Below, piece by piece: positions 19,072-26,951 of a DNA stretch of 29,665 bases (its first letter is position 1; every line of letters starts with the position of its first letter). Source of the stretch: a bacterium (GTDB lineage Bacteria > Zhuqueibacterota > Zhuqueibacteria > Oceanimicrobiales > Oceanimicrobiaceae). A model generated the notes under the pieces. That model was not told the DNA's origin and did not search any database. It worked only from the letters and a program-made list of their open reading frames with translations. The translations under genes and the position numbers were made by a program. The DNA lies in assembly GCA_046757525.1 (NCBI GenBank), contig JBHHYI010000033.1, positions 1-29,665 on the forward strand, written 5' to 3'.

Positions 19072-19830
19072 ATGAAGAGAATGAGCAAAGTAAGCTTGAC
19101 GTTAGTGCTCGGCCTGACAGTGGCGTTGCCTTTGTCAGCCCGGGCGCAGACCTACAAGGTCAAACCCGTCACCAACGGCGGTAGCATTTCCGGCACGGTG
19201 TTTTTCGAAGGCACGCCGCCCAAGCCGCGCGTGCTTACGGTTACCAAAGACAAGAAGATTGCTCACGACGCCAAGCGGCAAGTCGATGTCGTAAAAGTCA
19301 ACGACGGCAAGTTGGCCGAAGCAGTGGTCTATCTCAAGAAGGTCGCGGCTGGCAAGGATTGGCCGGAGCTGCCGGACGGCGGCCTCATCGACCAGAAGGG
19401 GGCGAAATTCATCGTGCACAGCCGGGTGATTCGCAAAGGCACGAAGGTTCCGGTTCGCAACAGCGACCCGGTGATGCACAATATTCACGCCTACGAGCTG
19501 ATCGGCCGCGGCCGCCGCACCATTTTCAACAAGGGACAGCTCAAGAACACAACCCTGAATCTTTTGTTTGACGTCAAAAGGACGCCGTATGTGAAGATCG
19601 AGTGCGACGCCCACAATTTCATGCACGATTATCTGTTTGTGGCCAGCAATCCCTATTACAGTGTCACTGCCAAAGACGGCGCCTTCAACATCGCCGACAT
19701 TCCAGCCGGCACCTACACTCTGGTCGTCTGGCATCCCAATTTGGGTACGCAAGAGGCCTCGGTCAAAGTCGATGCCGGACAGCAGGTGACACACGATTTC
19801 ACCTTCAAAAGCGACGGAGGGTCCAAATGA
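19072..19830 (+). CDS. Periplasmic cupredoxin-like protein with carboxypeptidase-regulatory-like domain
   Basis: Signal peptide (..SARA/Q); MHNIH and CDAHNFM supply H...C-x2-H-x2-M type-1 Cu ligands; C-terminal IADIPAGTYTLVVWH. Confidence 0.7.
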   Translation: MKRMSKVSLTLVLGLTVALPLSARAQTYKVKPVTNGGSISGTVFFEGTPPKPRVLTVTKDKKIAHDAKRQVDVVKVNDGKLAEAVVYLKKVAAGKDWPELPDGGLIDQKGAKFIVHSRVIRKGTKVPVRNSDPVMHNIHAYELIGRGRRTIFNKGQLKNTTLNLLFDVKRTPYVKIECDAHNFMHDYLFVASNPYYSVTAKDGAFNIADIPAGTYTLVVWHPNLGTQEASVKVDAGQQVTHDFTFKSDGGSK

Positions 19831-20927
19831 AACGGTTAGCAAGACTTTCGCTGGGGCTGGCAGTCGTTTTGGCGGTGGCCTTTCTAATGGCCTTTGCTGA
19901 GCCCGGCTCAAACGATGAAGAATCGGTTCCGGATATCGGGCCGCTGCCGCAATTGCAAGCGCCCAATCCGGATCAGGTGGCACTGGGCAAGTTGCTGTTC
20001 TTCGATGTGCGTCTCAGCGGCGACGCCAGTTTGAGCTGTGCTTCCTGCCACCAGCCGGACAACGCCTGGACCGACGCCTTGGATGTGTCCCTGGCCTATC
20101 CTGGTTCCAAATACTACCGCAACACCCAGAGCATTCTCAACATGGCCTACAAGCGTTACTTTTATTGGGACGGACGCCTGTCGGGAAAAGACGCGGCCAC
20201 CCAGGTGCGGGACAAAATCACCGAGACCCACTTCATGAACCTGGACGGCCGACTGATGCAGGAGCGACTCAAGCAGGTGCCCGAGTACGTCCAGATGTTT
20301 CAGAAAGCGTTTGGGGCGGAACCCAATTTTGGCCGCACTCTGAAAGCGATTGCCGCCTTCGAGAAAACGCTGGTTTCGAAGAATGTACCGTTTGACACCG
20401 GCAAGCTCTCAAAGGAAGCCAGGAAAGGCATGAAACTTTTTAAGGGAAAAGCAGGCTGCATCAAGTGCCACAACGGCCCCATGTTCTCCGACTTTCAGCC
20501 GCACAAAATCGGCGTGCCCGAATATCCCGACCTGCTGACCGACCCGGAACGGGCCACCACCTTTCGTTCGGTGATGAAATACATGGGCGTGCCCAATTTC
20601 GAGCATCTGCGCCGCGACCCAGGATTTTTTTGTGTCAGCAAACTGGACCAGGATTTCGGCAAGTTCATCTCGCCGTCGTTGCGGGAAGTCAGCCGCACCG
20701 AGCCGTACATGCACAACGGCACCTTCAAGACGCTCGAGGAGGTCATCGACTTCTACAACAAGGGCGGTGGCGCAGGTTCGGAGCTGAAGCCGCTAAATCT
20801 GTCGAAAAAGGAAAAAGCAGCCCTAATAGCTTTTCTGGAGAGCTTGAGCGGCGACGAGGTCACCATGGCGCCTCCCGAGATTCCGGAATATCAGGTCATT
20901 CAAAACTGGCGGGAGGTACCCAATTGA
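19827..20927 (+). CDS. idrP2: Dihaem cytochrome c peroxidase/MauG-family protein (IdrP-like)
   Basis: LGKLLFFD, CASCH, YWDGR, CIKCH, PYMHNG; start ATG 19827 (ATGA overlap, RBS GGAGG); P1/P2 numbering assigned only by position relative to idrB. Confidence 0.75.
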   Translation: MKRLARLSLGLAVVLAVAFLMAFAEPGSNDEESVPDIGPLPQLQAPNPDQVALGKLLFFDVRLSGDASLSCASCHQPDNAWTDALDVSLAYPGSKYYRNTQSILNMAYKRYFYWDGRLSGKDAATQVRDKITETHFMNLDGRLMQERLKQVPEYVQMFQKAFGAEPNFGRTLKAIAAFEKTLVSKNVPFDTGKLSKEARKGMKLFKGKAGCIKCHNGPMFSDFQPHKIGVPEYPDLLTDPERATTFRSVMKYMGVPNFEHLRRDPGFFCVSKLDQDFGKFISPSLREVSRTEPYMHNGTFKTLEEVIDFYNKGGGAGSELKPLNLSKKEKAALIAFLESLSGDEVTMAPPEIPEYQVIQNWREVPN

Positions 20928-20949
20928 AATTCATGAAATCCAATGGTAG

Positions 20950-20993
20950 CAAATCCCAAAAGAGACTCAGTCGGGATTTGGTGTTTGGGATTT
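20950..20993. repeat. AAATCCCAAA/TTTGGGATTT inverted repeat between the two peroxidase genes
   Basis: 20951-20960 perfectly complementary to 20984-20993; CAAATCCC 20950-20957 also pairs with 20973-20980. Confidence 0.6.
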
Positions 20994-21017
20994 ATTTCAG
21001 TGAGGAGAAAAAGAATC

Positions 21018-22208
21018 ATGAAAAGTAAACGTTGGACACTTTTGGTCTGGGCACTGCTCCTCGGTCTTGGTTTTTTGGTTTTCGTAGCCATGAGCGGTCG
21101 GGCTTCGAACAAAGAAGCGCCGGCAGTGCCCGAATTGGCGGCTTTGCCCGCGCCACCGGTTCCGGCAGATAATTTGCAATCGCCGGAAAAAGTGGAGCTG
21201 GGCAAGCTGCTGTTCTTCGATGCCCGTCTGGGCGGCGACGTTTCCACCGCGTGCAGCGACTGCCACAGCCCCAGCATTGGCTGGCAGGACGGCGCCGATA
21301 TTTGTCGCGGCTATCCCGGCACCTCACACTGGCGCAACTGCCAGACCATCATCAATTCGGCCTATTTCGACAAGCTGTTCTGGGCCGGTGCGGCGCGCAG
21401 TCTCGAGATGCAGGCGCCAAGCGCAGCCAGAGGCGGTGTGGCCGGCAACGGCGAACGGGACATGATGGAGGAGCGCCTGCGGCAAATTCCGAAATACATC
21501 GATCTCTTCAAGAAAGCTTTTGGCACAGAGGAACCGCTAATCGCAGATGCCTGGCGGGCCATCGCTGCCTTCGAAAGAACGCTGGTACAGCGAGACACGC
21601 CTTTCGACAAATATATGCTGGGCGACAAATCCGCTCTGTCCGAGGACGCCGTCAAAGGCCTGGCGCTGTTCAAGGGCAAGGCTAACTGCATCCAGTGCCA
21701 CAACGGCCCCATGCTGACCGACCAGAAATATTACAATCTCGGCGTGCCGGAGAATCCAGTGTTCGAGGAGGACGCTCTGAAGCAAATCACGTTCAGGTAC
21801 GAACAATACGCCAAGGGGGTTTCCGAAGAGGTGTACCGCAAAACCAAGACGGACCTGGGTCTTTACTACCGCTCTAAACGCAAGCAGGACATGGGGAAAT
21901 TCCGCACGCCGCCGCTGCGCTACCTGGTCTACACCCCGCCGTACATGCACAACGGGGTATTCTGGACCCTCGACGAAGTCATCGACTTCTACAACCAGGG
22001 CGGCGGCGAAGACCAGATCGAGCAGACTTTCGGTCAGCGCACCAAAACCGACCTCCTGAAACCGCTCAACCTGACCGACCAGGAAAAGGCGCAGTTGGTG
22101 GCTTTTCTCGAAAGCTTGAGCGGCCAAGAAATCGTTATGGACATCCCTGAGCTGCCGCCCTACGGGGTTGATCGCGGCGACGGCCTAAAAGTGGAGGGAG
22201 CACAATGA
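21018..22208 (+). CDS. idrP1: Second dihaem cytochrome c peroxidase/MauG-family protein (IdrP-like)
   Basis: LGKLLFFD, CSDCH, FWAGAA, CIQCH, PYMHNG; N-terminal signal/TM; start ATG 21018 after GAGGAG; numbering by position only. Confidence 0.75.
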   Translation: MKSKRWTLLVWALLLGLGFLVFVAMSGRASNKEAPAVPELAALPAPPVPADNLQSPEKVELGKLLFFDARLGGDVSTACSDCHSPSIGWQDGADICRGYPGTSHWRNCQTIINSAYFDKLFWAGAARSLEMQAPSAARGGVAGNGERDMMEERLRQIPKYIDLFKKAFGTEEPLIADAWRAIAAFERTLVQRDTPFDKYMLGDKSALSEDAVKGLALFKGKANCIQCHNGPMLTDQKYYNLGVPENPVFEEDALKQITFRYEQYAKGVSEEVYRKTKTDLGLYYRSKRKQDMGKFRTPPLRYLVYTPPYMHNGVFWTLDEVIDFYNQGGGEDQIEQTFGQRTKTDLLKPLNLTDQEKAQLVAFLESLSGQEIVMDIPELPPYGVDRGDGLKVEGAQ

Positions 22209-22774
22209 AAGAACAAATCGTTGCAAGACAAACGAGCGAATCCGGAGGCCCGGGATGCATCAGCCGCCGACAGTTCCTGTTCTACGGTGCCGGCGCGGTC
22301 TCGACCCTGGCGTTGAGCTCCATCTTCGGGGCCACGGCGGCCTTTGCTTCAGAGGCCAAATTTGCCCAATACCCGCACAAGAAAATCGCAAGTCTGAGCG
22401 ACCTGAAGCTCGACACGCCCCTCGAATTTCTCTACCCGAACAGCGATCCAACGTATGCGCAATGTTTCCTGGTGAAATTAGGCGAGAAGGCAGGTGGAGG
22501 CGTCGGCCCGGACCAGGACATCGTGGCCTTTAGCAGCTTGTGCACCCACATGGGCGGATTGCTCAACAAGTCGTACAATGCCGAGCACAAAGTGGCTGGC
22601 CCATGCCCCTCTCACCTTTCAACTTTTGATTTGACCAGACACGGCATGGTGGTGGCCGGACATGCGGTAGAAAGCTTGCCGCAAATCGTGCTCGAGGTCA
22701 AGGGCAACGATGTCTACGCCACCGGCGTTGCCGGCCTCATCTTCGGCGGCGCTAAGAATCCGGGAATGAAGTGA
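22205..22774 (+). CDS. idrB: Tat-exported Rieske [2Fe-2S] small subunit, AioB/IdrB family
   Basis: Twin-arginine SRRQFL; CTH-x18-CPSH; GVGPDQDIVAFS and GHAVESLPQIVL typical of AioB/IdrB; directly upstream of the Mo subunit. Confidence 0.8.
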   Translation: MKEQIVARQTSESGGPGCISRRQFLFYGAGAVSTLALSSIFGATAAFASEAKFAQYPHKKIASLSDLKLDTPLEFLYPNSDPTYAQCFLVKLGEKAGGGVGPDQDIVAFSSLCTHMGGLLNKSYNAEHKVAGPCPSHLSTFDLTRHGMVVAGHAVESLPQIVLEVKGNDVYATGVAGLIFGGAKNPGMK

Positions 22775-22808
22775 AAAAGCTGACCTTCTGCGAGTAAGGT
22801 TAGCTTTT
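22775..22808 (+). terminator. 13-bp hairpin between the B and A subunit genes (weak terminator or mRNA stabiliser)
   Basis: AAAAGCTGACCTT-8 nt-AAGGTTAGCTTTT with one G-U pair. Confidence 0.45.
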
Positions 22809-22839
22809 CAACTTAGACGAGTAAAACAGGAGAACAAAA

Positions 22840-25518
22840 ATGAGCAAAGCAAAATACATCGATTCGGTGCCGCTGCCGCCGAAGGATGCGGATGTCTTGA
22901 CCACCTGCTGCGATTACTGCATCGTGGCTTGTGGCTACAAGATTTACCGCTGGCCGGTTGGCAAGAAAGGCGGCGTCAAAGCTAAGGACAACGCCTTTGG
23001 CCGCGACCTGCCCATCGCTTTGGACAAAGGCGGCTGGGTGAGCCCCAACATGCACAATATCGTCTCGTACAACGGCAAGCCGCACCACGTGGTGGTGGCC
23101 CCGGATGCTGAGATCGAGGTGGTAAACAAAGGCGGCGATCACTCCATCCGCGGCGGTGCCATCGCACAAAAATGCTACAATCCGGACAAGCCCACGCGCG
23201 ACCGCTTGCAATATCCGCAACTGCGCGTTAACAGCAAGCTGCAGCGTATTTCGTGGGAGGACGCCTTTACCATCTTTGCTGAAACATCAAAATATGTCAT
23301 CGATAAATTCGGTGTGCACGCCTGGGCACAAAAGATGTACTCCTACCAATTCTTTGAGAACACTTACGCGCTGACCAAATTCGCTTTGCGGAATATCGGC
23401 ACGCCCGCTTTTGCCTGGCACGACAATCCCACGGTGGCGCCGGCCACGCCAGGCTTCCGTGACGTGGGCATCGACAACTTCTCAGCTTCCTATGAAGACT
23501 GGTACCTCGCCGACACCCTGGTCATTTCGGGTACCGATCCGTTCGAAACCAAGACCATCATTTGGAACGAATGGATCATGAAGGCGATCACCGAACACCA
23601 GCAGAAGGTGATCTACATCAATCCGCGGAAAACCAGCGGCGTGGCGTTTGCGGAAGAACACGGCGGACTGCATCTGTGGATTAACCCGGGCACCGACACC
23701 ATTCTGCACCTGGCGCTGGCCCGCATCATCCTGGAAAATGGTTGGGAAGACAAGGAGTGGATCAAGAAGTACACCAACAACAAATGGGAGACCGATTCCG
23801 GATTCGGACAGGGCACGCGCAACACCGACTGGCAGTGGCGCACCACCTGGGGACAGTTTGAAACCAAAGGGTACGAAGACTACAAAAAGTGGATTCTCAG
23901 TCAGAAGGAATCGGAGCTGCAGTATGCCGCTGATTTTTGCGGCCTCGACCCCGACGACATCCAATGGGCCGCCGAGTTGATGGCCAAGCCGAGGCCTGAC
24001 GGTAGTCGTCCGAAGACTTCTTTCGGGGTTGAAAAAGGCAACTACTGGTCGAATAATTACGCCAACACCGCGTCCCTGGCTTCGCTGGGTATTTTGTGCG
24101 GTGCGGGAAATCGGCCAGGGCAAATGATTTCCCGTTTCGGTGGGCATCAGCGCGGCGGCATGAAAGGAGGCCGCTATCCGGTCGGCCGCTCGCCGGAGAA
24201 ATTTGGCGGTCGCCGGCGCAAGCCCCTCGACCTGGACCGCTGGGTGCAGGCCGGCAAAGTGCGCTTCGCCTACGTCGTCGGCACCACCTGGACTGCAAGT
24301 ATGTGCGCTTCCGGAGAAAATGCCGACGTGTTCCGCAATCAAATAACGCGCAATCCCAATCAACCAGAAAATGCCGATGTTCAGCACGTCGTCGACATGT
24401 TCAAGAAACGCGTGGACAGCGGCGGCATGGTGCTGGTGGACCAGGACATTTACCTGCGCCACCCCATCGGGGCCGAACTGGCGGACATGGTCTTACCAGC
24501 GGCCACCTGGGGTGAGTGCGACTTTTCCCGCGCCAATGGCGAACGCCGCATCCGGTTGTATTCCAAGTTTTACGACGCGCCTGGTGAGGCCCAGCCGGAT
24601 TGGTGGATCGTGGCGCAAATCGCCAGGAAAATGGGATTCAGGGGCTACGATTGGAAAGACTCCAACGACGTGTTTGAAGAAGCGGCCCGTTTCAGCCGTG
24701 GTGGCAGACTCAATTATCACCCGCTGGTGAAGATGGCCAAGCGGCAGGGCAAGAAAGGCCACGAACTGCTGCGCGAATACGGCACCACCGGAATTCAAGG
24801 TCCCATCCGATTGGAGAATGGCAAGCTGGTCGGCACCAAACGGCTGCACGACTCGACGCTGAAGCTGCCTGAAAGCGGCCCGGAAAAGGAAACCGTGTGG
24901 CCCAAATGGCTGACCATGTTTAAGAGTCAGACCGGCAAGGCCAACTTCATGAAATCCCCGTGGTTTCTGTTTGCAGACTTTTACGACTACGTAAAGCCGC
25001 GGGAGGGTGAACTCTGGGTCCTCAACGGCCGGGTCAACGAAATCTGGCAGTCGTGCTTTGACGATGTGAAACGACGGCCGTACATAACCAATCGCTTCCC
25101 GGAGAATTTCATCGAGATCAATCCGGAAGACGCCAAAAAACTCGGCATTGAGAGCGGCGATTATGTATCGGTGGAAAGCGACCGCGTGCCGGTGCAGGTG
25201 TCCGGGTTTTACGGTCGCGACACTGACGACCTGCTGTTCAAAAATCTCTTGAAGAACGGGCACATCAAATTTGTCTCGGCTAAAGTCAAGGCCGTGGCCA
25301 TGGTCATGGAAGTGCCCAAGCCAGGCGTCAGCTTCATGTATTTTCTCAATCCGGACAATCCGGCGAATTCGCTCAGTCCACGCGTGCCAGACCCAATTTC
25401 TGACAATTACCGCTACAAACTCGGCGTCGGCAAGATTCGTAAGGTCGGGGAATCGCCCTACAAACATTCATTTACGCAGATGACGTTTAAGTCACGCTCA
25501 ATTGTCACAGAGGCTTAG
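22840..25518 (+). CDS. idrA: DMSO-reductase-family molybdoenzyme large subunit, AioA/IdrA family (putative iodate reductase)
   Basis: [3Fe-4S] motif C24-x2-C27-x3-C31-x70-S102, N-terminal VPLPPKDA, EKG and RFGGHQ motifs, C-terminal Mo-bisPGD-binding domain; no signal peptide; two flanking CCP genes match the idrABP1P2 composition. Confidence 0.75.
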   Translation: MSKAKYIDSVPLPPKDADVLTTCCDYCIVACGYKIYRWPVGKKGGVKAKDNAFGRDLPIALDKGGWVSPNMHNIVSYNGKPHHVVVAPDAEIEVVNKGGDHSIRGGAIAQKCYNPDKPTRDRLQYPQLRVNSKLQRISWEDAFTIFAETSKYVIDKFGVHAWAQKMYSYQFFENTYALTKFALRNIGTPAFAWHDNPTVAPATPGFRDVGIDNFSASYEDWYLADTLVISGTDPFETKTIIWNEWIMKAITEHQQKVIYINPRKTSGVAFAEEHGGLHLWINPGTDTILHLALARIILENGWEDKEWIKKYTNNKWETDSGFGQGTRNTDWQWRTTWGQFETKGYEDYKKWILSQKESELQYAADFCGLDPDDIQWAAELMAKPRPDGSRPKTSFGVEKGNYWSNNYANTASLASLGILCGAGNRPGQMISRFGGHQRGGMKGGRYPVGRSPEKFGGRRRKPLDLDRWVQAGKVRFAYVVGTTWTASMCASGENADVFRNQITRNPNQPENADVQHVVDMFKKRVDSGGMVLVDQDIYLRHPIGAELADMVLPAATWGECDFSRANGERRIRLYSKFYDAPGEAQPDWWIVAQIARKMGFRGYDWKDSNDVFEEAARFSRGGRLNYHPLVKMAKRQGKKGHELLREYGTTGIQGPIRLENGKLVGTKRLHDSTLKLPESGPEKETVWPKWLTMFKSQTGKANFMKSPWFLFADFYDYVKPREGELWVLNGRVNEIWQSCFDDVKRRPYITNRFPENFIEINPEDAKKLGIESGDYVSVESDRVPVQVSGFYGRDTDDLLFKNLLKNGHIKFVSAKVKAVAMVMEVPKPGVSFMYFLNPDNPANSLSPRVPDPISDNYRYKLGVGKIRKVGESPYKHSFTQMTFKSRSIVTEA

Positions 25519-25555
25519 TACCTCATTTCACAATTGCAAACAACAAGGAGTCGAA

Positions 25556-26137
25556 ATGCATCGCATACTTAAGATCACAACAATTCTAATGATGTTTCTG
25601 GTTGCTGCCACAGCGTTTGCCGGTGGCACCATCAAAGGTAAAATCGTCTACAAGAAAAAAAGATGGGTGAGAAATTCCCTGGTCTACATTGAAACTGTTA
25701 AGGGTAACTGGAAGCCCACTCAGGCAGAAATCGACCAAAAGGGCAGCACGTTCATTCCCAAATACTTGCCGGTGATTAAAGGCTCTACGGTCACTTTTCT
25801 GAACTCTGATCCGACGAAACACAACGTCTATTCGCCGGACCGTGAAAAATACGACCTGGGTGTCACCACACAGGGTGGCAAGCTCTCCTACACGTTCAAG
25901 AAGGTCGGTGTTTACACGCAGTTGTGCAAGCTGCACCCGACCATGCTGGCGTATGTGATGGTGCTACAAAATCCGTATTATGGGATGAGCGACAAGACCG
26001 GCGCTTTCACCATTGAAGACGTTCCGCCCGGCAAGTACAAGCTGCTCACCTGGAACGAACGCTACAAGGCCGACCCGGTGGAAATCACGGTGCAAGAAGG
26101 CAAGGTCTCTGAAGTTGAGATAAAATTACACCGGTAG
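25556..26137 (+). CDS. Second periplasmic cupredoxin-like protein with carboxypeptidase-regulatory-like domain
   Basis: Signal peptide (..TAFA/G) from ATG 25556 (RBS AAGGAG); KHNVYS and CKLHPTM give H...C-x2-H-x2-M; paralogous to 19072-19830. Confidence 0.7.
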   Translation: MHRILKITTILMMFLVAATAFAGGTIKGKIVYKKKRWVRNSLVYIETVKGNWKPTQAEIDQKGSTFIPKYLPVIKGSTVTFLNSDPTKHNVYSPDREKYDLGVTTQGGKLSYTFKKVGVYTQLCKLHPTMLAYVMVLQNPYYGMSDKTGAFTIEDVPPGKYKLLTWNERYKADPVEITVQEGKVSEVEIKLHR

Positions 26138-26146
26138 AGAATCGTT

Positions 26147-26179
26147 AACCCTGACAGGGTTCCGAACCCTGTCAGGGTT
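26147..26179. repeat. Double-palindrome REP-like element
   Basis: AACCCTGACAGGGTT-ccg-AACCCTGTCAGGGTT; each half self-complementary and the halves are reverse complements. Confidence 0.75.
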
Positions 26180-26238
26180 GGAACCACACAACGACTTGAA
26201 CTATCATAAAATGATGAAGTTGAACAATCAAGGCTGAT

Positions 26239-26280
26239 ATCCGTGTGAATCCGTTTGATCCGCTATATCTGTGTTCCATT
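26239..26280 (+). repeat. ATCYG 9-10-nt periodic array, copy 1
   Basis: ATCCGTGTGA-ATCCGTTTG-ATCCGCTAT-ATCTGTGTTCCATT. Confidence 0.6.
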
Positions 26281-26334
26281 CCCTAATTCAATTAGTCCCT
26301 GGGGATTGGAGACCAAACAAAAGGAGGAAACGAC

Positions 26335-26730
26335 ATGTCAAAGACATTTGTAGCCTTTACCTGTTTGTCCGTCTTGCTCGGTTTTGTTGCCTGTCAGAAA
26401 AATCAGCAAAAAAGCGAAAAAACCGCTCCAGTAGTGCAGCTTACGAAAGAGCAAGTGGTGCAAACCATTGAGGATTACGTCAAGGGCCACCTGGATGCCG
26501 ATGGTACATTCGCCATCGAAGACAGCGTCGAAAACCGCACCAGGCATCTAAAATTCGATCACGTTCACGAATCGGTAGACACGCTCGGAACGGGCCGCTA
26601 CCTTGCCTGCACCGACATGAAGGAAGGAAGCAGCGTCCTCGACCTGGATTTCTACGTGGTCGACCAAAACGGTAAACCAGCGGTCTCGGAAGTAAAGATT
26701 CACAAAGTTGACGGTATCAGCCGGAAGTAG
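26335..26730 (+). CDS. Small lipoprotein of unknown function
   Basis: RBS AGGAGG; lipobox FVA-C at residue 20; ~110-aa domain with YLACTDM and LDLDFYV. Confidence 0.75.
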   Translation: MSKTFVAFTCLSVLLGFVACQKNQQKSEKTAPVVQLTKEQVVQTIEDYVKGHLDADGTFAIEDSVENRTRHLKFDHVHESVDTLGTGRYLACTDMKEGSSVLDLDFYVVDQNGKPAVSEVKIHKVDGISRK

Positions 26731-26748
26731 TTTAAAGATTGAAAACTG

Positions 26749-26928
26749 AATGGAACGCGGATCAAACGGATTTCGCAGATCAATGCGGATTGCACTGTCG
26801 AGTCCGTCGAATAAGGTGCTCAAGAAGGATGAATCGTTGCTCTCCGAATGTTCAAGTTTCGGTTTCTTCTCATAGTAAAGAGTTGAATCCGTTTTCATCT
26901 GTTTAATCCGTTACATCCGTGTTCTATT
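26749..26928. repeat. Inverted pair of ATCYG periodic arrays (copies 2 and 3)
   Basis: 26749-26791 (AATGGAACGCGGAT-CAAACGGAT-TTCGCAGAT-CAATGCGGATT) is the inverse of 26886-26928 (AATCCGTTTTC-ATCTGTTTA-ATCCGTTAC-ATCCGTGTTCTATT). Confidence 0.6.
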
Positions 26929-26951
26929 GAATGGATTAACTTGCAGCGAAG

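Noticed and set aside
19602..19826. N-terminal extension of the first peroxidase ORF
   Set aside because: Overlaps the cupredoxin gene; RBS and signal peptide point to ATG 19827
22840..25518. Canonical arsenite oxidase aioA
   Set aside because: HNRPAYNSE loop absent, two CCP genes adjacent, no ars or aioX genes in the window; the Idr-like call fits better, though substrate is unproven
26548..26898. 116-aa minus-strand ORF
   Set aside because: Overlaps the lipoprotein gene and starts inside the repeat arrays; no motif support
26239..26928. CRISPR array
   Set aside because: Units are 9-10 nt with no unique spacers and no cas genes
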